A stretch of 63,986 nucleotides of DNA, the filler included, from Lenisia limosa (taxonomy: Eukaryota; Protista; Breviatea), in NCBI GenBank assembly GCA_001655205.1. It is 10 parts of 10 records of this genome, joined end to end, with 100 filler letters (N's around TTAATTAATTAA, not from the genome) between each part and the next. Parts side by side here need not be neighbours in the genome. Positions count along the whole stretch, not along the records: positions 42,209 to 50,390 come from LPNZ01007220.1; positions 50,491 to 52,147 come from LPNZ01002851.1; positions 52,248 to 53,823 come from LPNZ01000282.1; positions 53,924 to 59,689 come from LPNZ01004563.1; positions 59,790 to 62,883 come from LPNZ01008436.1; 5 more parts are not named here. One strand, 5' to 3'. Positions 50,346 through 61,901 of the stretch are shown here, one piece after another. Made by a program: the position numbers and the translations under genes. The notes beneath the pieces were generated by a model. The model was given only the letters and a program-made list of their open reading frames with translations, made no database searches and was not told where the DNA came from. How positions within the stretch are numbered: position 1 is the first letter of the stretch; the number at the start of each line of letters is the position of its first letter.

Positions 50346-52389
50346 CAAAGCCGAGGTGTTGGTTCCGAGTTGAGATACAAATCGAACCCCNNNNNNNNNN
50401 NNNNNNNNNNNNNNNNNNNNNNNNNNNNNNNNNNTTAATTAATTAANNNNNNNNNNNNNNNNNNNNNNNNNNNNNNNNNNNNNNNNNNNNCCCCGCACCC
50501 CTCCAAAACATAATATAATGTCTGGAAATAACATAAAAATTTAAGCTAAAAACTGGAACCGGAAAATTCGACTTCGATTCTGGTTCTACTAACCGGAACC
50601 AGATTTATAAAGAGGACATTAATCACTAAATATGTCTTTCTTTGAACTATATCGATATGTATCATAATTGAACATGTATTTATGCAATATTATATGCAAG
50701 TATCACCTCCTTTCATCAGCTATATTGTATTTTACAATTTCTCCAATATTGTGTTGAAAGAGAGAAAAAATGGAGAGAGAAAAAAATAGAGAATCACAAT
50801 GACCAATCTGGGTATCGAACCCGTGATTCAATTCCGGTTAAATCTGAGAACCTAGAACCGGAGAAAAGACCAGTTCCTCCCGGTTCCGGTTCTTGGTATA
50901 TGATCATATGATATAAAATGTTGACCCCCTCTAGTACTGGCTGAAAGAAGGTCCCTTTCAAGACACCAACAGAGAAAACGTGGGGCATACATTTATCAAT
51001 CCTATATTGTTAGGTATCATAAGATGTTATTAGTTCATATTTCTAACATAATCCAGTTCAAGAATGCTCCAAGCCAGTGGAGTGGGCGAATATACTTCCT
51101 ACACGTCCCGGTAGGGAAAAGGCTCTTGTTCACCTTTCTTTTCCCTCTTTCTTTGTTTCTGGGCCTGACCTTTACAAATAATTGAGTTTAAATCTGATAC
51201 TATGATTAAGTCTTCATCATACAGTGTGTACTCGTTACCTCCCCCCTCCCCCCGCAGCAAAAGACGGACTTGACTGAGGCCATGAAGCGACTGGAAAATG
51301 ACAACTTTCTCATCATCCCTGTCATATTTATGGATTATGACCCGTGTGTGGGTGTGCGCTTGCGGAACGCAAAATAGAGAAATTTGCACACCACATCGTA
51401 GTATTCAAGAGATGTAAAACGTTGATGTCTAGTCTTTACAATAGGGCAGATCTCTCTCAATTGTGCTCTCTATTTTCCTCGAGTTTTATCCAGTTCCTCT
51501 TCACGTAATTATATTTTTGATCCTCATCGTATTCACTTTTCTTTTTGTTCATTTCTCATTGAATATGAATAGTATGTTAAAATAATCTCACAGTTTCAGA
51601 GAGAAACAACTGCCAAAACGGTGTCCTCTTTAGAGCCTTGCTCAAAAAAAAACAATAAAAAAACAATAAAAAAAAAAGGTATTCCTCTTTAAAGGAAACC
51701 TCCTCCTGTTCATCATCTATTTAAGTAAACTACAAGCCACTGTGTTAGATTGCTTTTTTTTTTTTCAAATATGTTGTAGTAGTATTTTTTCAATAAGCCC
51801 TCAGCATATTTTGTGTAATACATCTTCATGACTGTTCAGTGTAAGGAAGTATGGGGGGAGTTGTAGAATACATAGTACATTGATTGTATTGATAGGCTAA
51901 GCATCACAACAAAATCTGGTTACCCTAGGGGGGCGGGGGCACCATTAGTATCCCGAGAAGATGAGGGTGGAATCGAAGGTCGTGATCATCTGGGTGTTCT
52001 TCAGGCCTATCATGAGTTCATAGAATCAAGAATTAAAGCAGGTTTAGTTCGACAAAACTGTCACGGATATCCAAACATAACATCTTTAGTTTGTAGTATT
52101 GAAGAGTGCTCGTAAATAAGGGTATGTGACCTTGGGATAATCATCAGNNNNNNNNNNNNNNNNNNNNNNNNNNNNNNNNNNNNNNNNNNNNTTAATTAAT
52201 TAANNNNNNNNNNNNNNNNNNNNNNNNNNNNNNNNNNNNNNNNNNNNAATTAATAATGGGGAGAGAACGACATGTTGCTATGTTGAGGTATTTGGTCTTT
52301 CTTGATTATGATTATATTTGATTAATGTTCAATCTGTCATAAAAAAAATGCAAAAAGGTGAAATAAGACATGAACTCACCCCCCCCCCC

Positions 52390-53700
52390 CGAACCAAGAG
52401 TCTTCCTTGAAGAAGACTTTGTCAGTTGTTGTTCCTTTTCTCTGAGTAACTTCTCGAGTTCTTCCTCCACCTCAGCCAGGCGACGGGTCAGATTATCGGC
52501 TTCATTGTGCGCCATTATCGACTCCGACTGGGGAGGGAGGGGGGGGGGAGTAAAACGATGAAGGATATTGGCGTAAAGGTACTAATCACGAACCGAATAT
52601 TCTGAAACTCCAAACAAAAAACAAAAAACATGACAAAAACACAAAAACAAAAACAAGGATTAGGAAACAAATAACCAAAACATGGAGACGCAATCAAAAG
52701 CCAAAAGAGACATGAAAAAATGGCAAAAACAACGATCCATCTGGATCTTTGATCTTTGATGCACCCACCACAGCCTCATCTTTGGCCAAAATGGCTGCGT
52801 CCGCGCGCGCGCGTTCACTCTCTTCAGCCGCCCGCACTTCCTCCAAACGCTTCTCCAGCACAGCAGTTGCTGATAGAATGTGGCTCTGTTCTTCTTCTAC
52901 GGCGGTGAAGAGGGTTTTGAAGGCTATAATATGCACTAAAGAAAGCGAAGATTATTTGGTGAATGTTATTGCCTCTTTTTAGCAACTGATTGACCTGATA
53001 TCACATTTCACATATCATCAGTGCAATAACACTCTGCTGATCCACCTACCATTGGCCTTCATGTGCTCAGTCATTCGGGCAATATCAGCCCGATGTGCTG
53101 ATGAGGCCTTGAAATGTCAAACACCACCGTTAAGACAAAATGAAATGGAAAATAATGATTGAAACCTTTTTGTAGAATTGAAAAGAAGATATGCGGTTGC
53201 AGCCGTCCACATCCTCACATTTACAGAAAATGTTGTCGAATAGCAAAATGAGAATACTACTACTAATTCCAAATACGACCGCCCACCTGTCTGAGAAGAG
53301 GAGCCGTGCCAGCCATGAGAACCGCGGTATTTTCGAGCACTGTGTTGAGAACGGAGCCGAGTTCAGGATGTTGATACGCCATAGCAGCTGCCATTTCTAA
53401 TATTGTGACAAGGGCTTCAGACCAATGTCCAAGATTTCATATTTTTTTTGTTAAAGAAGAACTCAAACTTAAGGTTCACTTTTTGATCAATTATCCCAGC
53501 CTCTTTCGGATCTCATCGTAAAAACCAAAGATTCAGCAAAGAAAGCGTAATCACGCTCCACAATTCGTTTCATTATTTAGCCAGGACCCCCCACCGCTGT
53601 GAATGATTTCGAACAGGCCATGACGGGCTGAAATAACCTCAATTTTCCTGACATGTGGGTCGGATTCGGCCTTCATGCGATCGGCAAGGATCTGCTCGGG
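52390..53700 (-). CDS. Multi-exon coiled-coil protein fragment, truncated on both sides
   Basis: AFKTLFTAVEEEQSHILSATAVLEKRLEEVRAAEESERARADAA|SESIMAHNEADNLTRRLAEVEEELEKLLREKEQQL. Confidence 0.65.
52535..52670 (-). repeat. Intronic repeat family D (reference copy); others at 30739-30790 (+), 45655-45700, 59790-59950 and 60230-60300 (-)
   Basis: In transcript sense, TTTGTTTGGAGTTTCAGAATATTCGGTTCGTGATTAGTACCTTTACGCCAATATCCTTCATCGTTTTACTCCCCCCCC...CCCAG| ends at the acceptor. Confidence 0.8.
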
Positions 53701-53989
53701 TTAGGGCTGTGAAGCGACGATTATGTATAGTGAAAAAAGAATAAGAAATAAATCCACACCATCACGCGATCAGAGATTGGATTATAGTATATGATATTAA
53801 TATCACGATTATAAAATAGTATCNNNNNNNNNNNNNNNNNNNNNNNNNNNNNNNNNNNNNNNNNNNNTTAATTAATTAANNNNNNNNNNNNNNNNNNNNN
53901 NNNNNNNNNNNNNNNNNNNNNNNGGGGGGGGGGGGTGAAGATCTACAGATATCCTCTCATACTGGTGGTATCTATGACAATGCTGGTCG

Positions 53990-56900
53990 TATCTATGGCA
54001 ATAGCCTCACCTCATCGTCGAAGAATACCGGAATCAAGGGCTCCAGAGGGGACGGCGACCTATGCGTCATCAGCATGGCGATGGAGGCTGACTGGGGGGA
54101 TGAGGAGTGAAATTGGAAAATTTATGGAACAAAAAAAGCCCAAATCAACTCTGAAGGCTGACAACACACAAGGNNNNNNNNNNNNNNNNNNNNNNNNNNN
54201 NNNNNNNNNNNNNNNNNNNNNNNNNNNNNNNNNNNNNNNNNNNNNNNNNNNNNNNNNNNNNNNNNNNNNNNNNNNNNNNNNNNNNNNNNNNNNNNNNNNN
54301 NNNNNNNNNNNNNNNNNNNNNNNNNNNNNNNNNNNNNNNNNNNNNNNNNNNNNNNNNNNNNNNNNNNNNNNNNNNNNNNNNNNNNNNNNNNNNNNNNNNN
54401 AACAAATAAAAAACAAGGCAATCAATCTTAAAAACACACGCAAGAATGTTGACATAGACCCAAAACGGTAACGGTTTTGCAGTTTCCAACCTGAGCTGAG
54501 AAACACGCTTCATGCACGGGGTAGAGGCCCTCAGCGGACCTGACAGACACGTCGGCCCGGGCCTTGAGANNNNNNNNNNNNNNNNNNNNNNNNNNNNNNN
54601 NNNNNNNNNNNNNNNNNNNNNNNNNNNNNNNNNNNNNNNNNNNNNNNNNNNNNNNNNNNNNNNNNNNNNNNNNNNNNNNNNNNNNNNNNNNNNNNNNNNN
54701 NNNNNNNNNNNNNNNNNNNNNNNNNNNNNNNNNNNNNNTGATAGGTTACACACTACGTCAGCAAAAAAACAATGGTTAAACCGGAGGCACCATTACAGAA
54801 TGTGCTATTCAACAAATGGGTATCAACCAACCCGTGCCGGAGCAGAGATGTAGGGCACATAGTCCGTCATTTGACACGGCGTTAATGTCCGCCCCAGCCT
54901 CGAGGAAAAGAGCAACACATCCCATCGGGTCAACCACTTCCTCAGCTGCATCGTGAAATAAATACAACTCTCCTAGTTTGAACACATTGGAGGAGGAAAG
55001 GTAAGGGCCATTTATACAACAGACATCATGACGAGGCTTACCAAGGGCTAAATGATGCAGCGGGGTCAGGCCAGCCTCGTCGTATACTGACACGTTTGCC
55101 TGGGGATGTCAATAACGAAGGAATATTTGACTGGGGAATATTTGATGCTGTTTGTCGCTAAAAAGGAAGATTGACGTCATGTGCAGCCCACGTTATTGTG
55201 TACCAGAGCGGCAAGTAATGGTGGCGACGGCTTGCCGGCACAACCTCGGTGCAAAGCTGGGCATGATGAGGGGGTTCACTCTGAATGTCCATATGGAATA
55301 ACCATTATTTGGTATAGTATGTCTACATGTGATGATTTATCCGCACCAGTGCATCCTTCTAGATCTTGCGAGTCGACATCAAAGCCGTTCTCAACCAACG
55401 CTAGGACGGTCTGTTCGGTTAAAGGTGAAGCAAAAGAAGGTCTGTTCAGTTAAAGGTGGAGCAAGAAAGGTCTGTTCGGTTAAAGGTGAAGCAAGGAAGG
55501 TCTGTTCGGTTAAAGGTGAAGCAAGGAAGTCTGTTCGGTTAAAGGTGGAGTAAGGAAGGTCTGTTCGGTTAAAGGTGTCGCGCGATATACATATAAAAGT
55601 CCCAACACCTCACCTCGGAAGACCCATGAGACGCTGCAATGATCAAGGCGTTTTGCTCCAGTGTCTCCTCCATCCCCTCTGTATGCATGGCCTGGAGGAT
55701 AAACGATCCCGTAGTCATATAAGTAAGGCTTCACTTCGGTTCGAAAAAAAGACTGAATTTCTCAATAAATCCTCGAAAACTATCGATATTTTACCGGTAT
55801 TTTTCAAACCAAAGTGAAGCGCTACACAAAAGGCCCCTGCGGTCCAAAAGACCAGGTAATATCGGCAGTTCTCTCAGTATGCAAGAGCATCGAAAAGGTC
55901 TATTTAGGACGGTGGGGAAGCGGTATGGTGGAAACCCACGTTTTGGTCGAGAGCTAAAGGCGCGGGGCTGAGGCCGATTCCACAGGCCTTCAGAATGGGC
56001 AACAAATCGAAGCGGTTCTACATCAGTGAACATGGACAAAATGCAATAACACATGTTTCCAGTCAACAAAGCCGATTATGTCCGGCAAGACCGCCTACAT
56101 AGACTGCAATATCGTAGATAAGAGCCGACCACCCGGCCGGCCATTCAACATCAGCATCAATGAGGTGCAGGTCTCCTTCGTCGGGGCTGGGGGGGGGGTC
56201 AGATTTATGAAACAAAAAAACAATACGTGTGTTCGTCTTGAGGTATACAAGTAGGGCTTCCCTACGGTCCCAAAAAGAACGAATTGCTCAATAAATCCTC
56301 GATAAATATCGATATTTTAACGGTCTTTTCGGACCATATATACAAGAGATGAAAGGCCAACATTTGGCCCTCTGGTCCGCAGAACATGACTGAAACATCG
56401 GGGTAACGGGGCTCTCGTCCAAGTTTGTCATCCACAATGCCCGCCTAGAGTGTAAGGTCCAAGACAGGGCAATAATCTGTCTGTGGTTGTGAGCTCTTTT
56501 TTGTTTTGAAAGTATCCAGGAAAAGCTAATAATGGAAGCCCACCATAGCGTTTCTAAGAACAGCGGTGAACAAGGACCTGGTCGTTCCTGGTGTTTTGAT
56601 GATGTCCTTACACAGCTCCAGTCGGTCGAATGTGACCCTATACGGTTGGATGGGAACAATAAGTGCCTATCAGCCCACACCCACGGTGCTCGATATCCTG
56701 ATAGCCTATAAGCCCACACCCACGGTGCTCGATATCCTGATAGCCTAGAAGCCCACACCCATATAAGCCCACACCTACGGTGCTCGATATCCTGATAGCC
56801 TATAAGCCCACACCCACGGTGCTCGATATCCTGATANNNNNNNNNNNNNNNNNNNNNNNNNNNNNNNNNNNNNNNNNNNNNNNNNNNNNNNNNNNNNNNN

Positions 56901-59450
56901 NNNNNNNNNNNNNNNNNNNNNNNNNNNNNNNNNNNNNNNNNNNNNNNNNNNNNNNNNNNNNNNNNNNNNNNNNNNNNNNNNNNNNNNNNNNNNNNNNNNN
57001 NNNNNNNNNNNNNNNNNNNNNNNNNNNNNNNNNNNNNNNNNNNNNNNNNNNNNNNNNNNNNNNNNNNNNNNNNNNNNNNNNNNNNNNNNNNNNNNNNNNN
57101 NNNNNNNNNNNNNNNNNNNNNNNNNNNNNNNNNNNNNNNNNNNNNGTCGTCATTGTTTTCTTGGGGCTGATGCTATGAAGAAAACCCAATAAAGAAGTAC
57201 ATCATAATAGGCTTTAATCATACACAACAAGGATTAAGGATAGATGCAAATAGGGCTTCACTTCGGTTCAAAAAAGCCCGTTAAAATATCGATAGTTTTC
57301 GAGGATTTATCGAGAAGTTCGGTCTTTTTCCCGAATCGAAGTGAAGCTCTAGATGCACATGCAAAGCCCCTCCGTACCGGTCTGACCGAGCCTGTATCCG
57401 AGGGTTTGACAGCGAGCACCATGTTCTTTGGTGGCACCGGGTGTGCTCCAGAGAACAGCAGCATCTAAGGCGAAGATAAGAACATGTCAAAATCTTGAAC
57501 AAATACAAAAATGCACCACTTGAAACAATAACAAGATTTAGCTGAACCACTTTTTATCGAGATATGTCACCTTACCACAGTATCACATAGAAGGAAGTTA
57601 GAATTTGTGTGCAATAACAAGAAGAATAAAACAATCCCCCCACTTCAAAAGCAAGGTCAACCCCCCACCTCGGCTGATATCATATCGTTGCCTTCAAAAG
57701 CAAGGTCAAGAGCCCTGACGGATTAGAGTTTTAACTGACGAATCGAGAGAAATACGAATCGCGTACCGAAGTACCCCGTCATCCGAGGGACCCGTGCCGT
57801 CAGGAGGCGCCTTGTTGTTGAGGAGGATGCGCAGACAAGAAGGCTGACACGTGGCCACAGAGTTGAACACCGGTGTGCTGCCGTCACGTCCAGCCGCCCG
57901 CATTGTGTGGGGTGCTGCTGTGTTATTCTTACCCATGCAATACCGGTTCAAAAAAGTCAAGGAATGGATAGCGATACTTATCTGGTTTATCGATTAATGT
58001 GAAGCTCTATCCCCACCAGCTTGGACCAGGGTGAAGAGAGCGTCAGAGTGGCCAGCCTCTATGGCCTCTAAACAGGGAGGGTACCCGGAGGTCCCTGAGG
58101 CAGCCACGTCCGCGCCGGCAGCTACAAGAACCTGGGGTATGACAAGGTACTGTATAAAAGTATTGGGCAACGTCAGGCCTTGTACCTCTATCATGGCCAA
58201 ATTGCCCTCCATGACCGCGATGTGCAGTGGGGTGGTTTGGAAGGCTAATTCGTCACCAGGCTCTTCTTCTGGGTAAACATTATACGTTGTCATGTCTATG
58301 ACCCGTGGCTAGGGCTTCACTTCGGTTTGACAAAGGACGGAATATCTCGATAAATCCTCGAAAACTATCTATATTTTACCGGTCTTTTTCGAACCGAAGT
58401 GAAGCCACACCCGTGGCGTACCAAGAAGTGCCAGGACTCTGGCCTCGTCTGTCGTGTCATCTTCCACTACCTCAATGGGCTCCTGCGGGGCTGACGGGAA
58501 CGTCATACTGCATTCTCTGGGGGGGGGGGGNNNNNNNNNNNNNNNNNNNNNNNNNNNNNNNNNNNNNNNNNNNNNNNNNNNNNNNNNNNNNNNNNNNNNN
58601 NNNNNNNNNNNNNNNNNNNNNNNNNATAGTAGTAAAAAATAAACATAATAGAATATACATATATTACATATGATCTTGTATGATGTTTATAATACGAATA
58701 ACAAAAAGAGTGAAATGGGATGGGGAAAGCTCGGCCGGAGCCTACCTTAATTTGAGAATGTGGATAATGGCTGCGCGGTCCTCCATAGATCCCTCCGGTG
58801 CCACCGCTGCGAACACCTGTGGGGGTCAGCAGCAAGGTTGGTAAATGCCAAGCCTGAGGTGTGGCAGGGGTAGGGCTTCACTTCGGTTCAAAAAAAGACT
58901 GAATTTCGCGATAAATCCTCGAAAACTATCGATATTATACAGGTCTTTTTCGAACCGAAGTGAAGCCCTAGGAAGGGGGTATGATGTTGCACTATTCACT
59001 CACTTTTCGTTGAGAAAGACCGTTCATAACTTCCAACTCCGATGCATCTTTCTGGGGCGTCAGTGGAGGGTATGGGGTCTGGCTGAGACAAAACAAGATA
59101 CCAATCTAACCGACGAGGTGAACAAAACAAGATACCAATCTAACCGANNNNNNNNNNNNNNNNNNNNNNNNNNNNNNNNNNNNNNNNNNNNNNNNNNNNN
59201 NNNNNNNNNNNNNNNNNNNNNNNNNNNNNNNNNNNNNNNNNNNNNNNNNNNNNNNNNNNNNNNNNNNNNNNNNNNNNNNNNNNNNNNNNNNNNNNNNNNN
59301 NNNNNNNNNNNNNNNNNNNNNNNNNNNNNNNNNNNNNNNNNNNNNNATCCCATTGCCGGTCCTGGTACCGCCGCCGCACTTCTGACAGGAATGTCTGCGT
59401 GTCGTCGTCATATGTCACCCGGGCTCCCGGGTCTTGCTGCACTGTACCTG
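53990..59450 (-). CDS. Multi-exon ankyrin-repeat protein; ends uncertain
   Basis: TTPLHIAVMEGNLAMIE|VLVAAGADV, DGSTPVFNSV, QNALIIAASHG, AGLTPLHHLA, FLEAGADINAVSNDGLCALHLC, ADVSVRSAEGLYPVHEAC. Confidence 0.85.
55408..55577. repeat. Minisatellite of about 30 bp, 6 units, intronic
   Basis: GGTCTGTTCGGTTAAAGGTGAAGCAAGGAA variants with no unique spacers. Confidence 0.95.
55724..55824. mobile_element. hAT-type MITE family A
   Basis: Full length; flanks CATATAAG/CACAAAAG. Confidence 0.88.
56252..56338. mobile_element. hAT-type MITE, subfamily A2, right end deleted
   Basis: TATACAAG is present on both sides although the right TIR is truncated. Confidence 0.8.
56666..56836. repeat. 39-bp minisatellite running into an N gap
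   Basis: GCCCACACCCACGGTGCTCGATATCCTGATAGCCTATAA, at least 4 units. Confidence 0.92.
57251..57351. mobile_element. hAT-type MITE family A
   Basis: TSD GATGCAAA/GATGCACA (7/8). Confidence 0.9.
58310..58409. mobile_element. hAT-type MITE family A
   Basis: Perfect TSD CCCGTGGC. Confidence 0.92.
58871..58970. mobile_element. hAT-type MITE family A, near consensus
   Basis: TSD GGCAGGGG/GGAAGGGG (7/8). Confidence 0.92.
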
Positions 59451-59979
59451 GGGAGGGGAGGGGTGAAAAAGTCCCTGATATATACTATATATATACTAGA
59501 TAATACTATGTATACTATGGTATATAGAGAGAGATGGCGATAAATAACAAGGTTGTATCTGGCCGAAGCCATCACGCTTGCTTATAAGAGACTGGAAATA
59601 TTGAACCTACAACTCTGTGCACACAGCTTTCTGCGTTCCTCCCCAGATTATATATAATCATAGTAATCAACACCAGAACCCCCCCCCCCNNNNNNNNNNN
59701 NNNNNNNNNNNNNNNNNNNNNNNNNNNNNNNNNTTAATTAATTAANNNNNNNNNNNNNNNNNNNNNNNNNNNNNNNNNNNNNNNNNNNNGGGGGGGGGGG
59801 GTAAATTGAAGGAAATATCGATGAAGAATATTGGCGTAAAGGTACTTCTCACGAACCGAATAATCTGAAACTCCAAACAAACAAAAAAAAACAAGAAAAA
59901 CACGAACAAAAATTAGACAAAAACCAGATGACAAAACACAAAACCAGAGCCAGCAATGAAGGATAAAGCAGGCCGCTAA

Positions 59980-61135
59980 ACCAGAATGAAACCTCGGAGT
60001 GTAAGGATTGTTCCATGGGTACAGCTTTTGGCTACTTTTGACCATTTCGGGCTCAGTTAAGAATACGTAATGAATCTATACAGTTAACCAATCATACCGG
60101 GTGTGGGGGGGACGTAGGCGGAAATGGATCTGAGGGGAGGCACTAAAAAGCGTTATAAAGGGGGGGGGGGNNNNNNNNNNNNNNNNNNNNNNNNNNNNNN
60201 NNNNNNNNNNNNNNNNNNNNNNNNNNNNNNNTAAAACGAAGGAAATGTCAATGAAGAATATTGGCGTCAAGGTTACTAATCACGAACAGAATAATCTGAA
60301 TAGGGGGGGTTGGAATATTTTCTCTCAACAAAATGCCTAAAATCAACACGAGGGTTGAGAACAACGAAACAAATAACGCCTAGGCCAGTCGCTTCTACAG
60401 CAACAATGTTCAAAATTAAATGCCTTTTCATCATTCAAAAGTGTCTTAAAGTGGCGATACCCATTTTCATGACACTTTTGCTGCATATCTTATTGAGTAC
60501 TCCTGCGTACACAGTTGGCCTCAAATAGGGGAGTGATAGGTCTGTGATAGTGAAGTGACAATACCCCCCCCCCCCNNNNNNNNNNNNNNNNNNNNNNNNN
60601 NNNNNNNNNNNNNNNNNNNNNNNNNNNNNNNNNNNNNNNNNNNNNNNNNNNNNNNNNNNNNNNNNAATTGAGGCTGAATTCCGCACCTCCAGTGAGTCTG
60701 AAAATGGTCACAGCTTTTGCAATTCAGTGCCAGTTTTGGTTTACCCAGTTGAATAGTATTTGTATTGAGAAGCTGAAACAATAAAACAAAGTCATGGCAA
60801 TGGTAAACAGTACATAGGTGTTTTAATATCACAAATAAATAATAATGGCAAGAAAAGAAAGTTCTCTTTCTCCAAGCTTCCAAAATGAAAGTTCTCTTTC
60901 TCCAAGTTTTCAAAAAGGTATTACCAGGTTCCTAGACATGATACATATCTACCCATAATATGCCAAATTCAACCACTGTATGCTATTATAAGAGACCAAT
61001 ATAATATGTCCCGATATGGCACCGAATGAAAGAAAGAGACCCCGGCCTACCAAAAGCAACAATGTCGTTGTTTCTCAGATCAAACGCGCGGACACCAAAA
61101 GAAAGCCCCAGAAGCAAGAAGATCACATGAATCAT
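59980..61135 (-). CDS. Putative secreted protein with a signal-peptide first exon (61135-61051); downstream exons tentative
   Basis: MIHVIFLLLGLSFGVRAFDLRNNDIVAF G|GTAGG. Confidence 0.5.
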
Positions 61136-61901
61136 AGTGACCAGTAAGTCAGGGTGGGAGAGGGAGGGAGGCGGTTATTAAGTGGATATTATGGCTTTTA
61201 TTGTTGTCAACAGGAAAATTTAGGTCTTTTCCATGGCAGAAAAGGCAAAAAGGGGGGAACTGAACGAGGTAACCCAGTTTTTACCCAATTTTCGAACCTT
61301 TCTTCTCTGCCTCTTGCTCACTTTTATCTTTTTTGGACGCAATAAACTGTTTTATAGAGGGAATTAGCACGAAAGACGTATCCTTCTTATTTGTTCCAAC
61401 TGATCCGAGGTTTGTGGCAGCTTATCAAGGTTTCTCCGGTTATCTATTAGCAAGGGGTTTTATTTAGCATCATACACCAGTAGAGATAAGAAGATATGGC
61501 ATATTTTCGTGTAAGTGAAAGGGCAGTTGAAGAGTGTCTGGATCAGGACTTAGGTCGATGAAAGTCGGTCATATTGTCAAATCACTAGTGATATGATTTG
61601 CAATATTGTTCCATATTATATCGACTAGTGATATGGTCGTGGCCGACTTTCAAGTCGAAATGATAAAAGATAACACGAGAGTTCATCCCAAGTGAATCAG
61701 AATATATCATTGGCACTTGGTTTTTTTTTTTTTTTGCAGTAAAGTCTATTGAAACTAGGATCGTAGAGATAAAGTCTCTATTGAAACTAGGATCATTCAC
61801 GACTATCTGGTGGTTTCATTAATTTGCGTCAATATCGCCCCCTCTATTTTTTTATTAACTTTTTCAAATGCATCAACAGTCCAGTGCCGGCACGGGTGAC
61901 A

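Noticed and set aside
50540-50900. Clustered GAACCGG/CCGGTTC motifs
   Set aside because: Probably subterminal repeats of a decayed transposon, but no termini or TSD could be defined, so it was not called.
55408-56836. 30-bp and 39-bp repeat arrays as possible CRISPR arrays
   Set aside because: Units are head-to-tail with no unique spacers, lie in introns of a eukaryotic ankyrin gene, and have no cas genes nearby; they are minisatellites.
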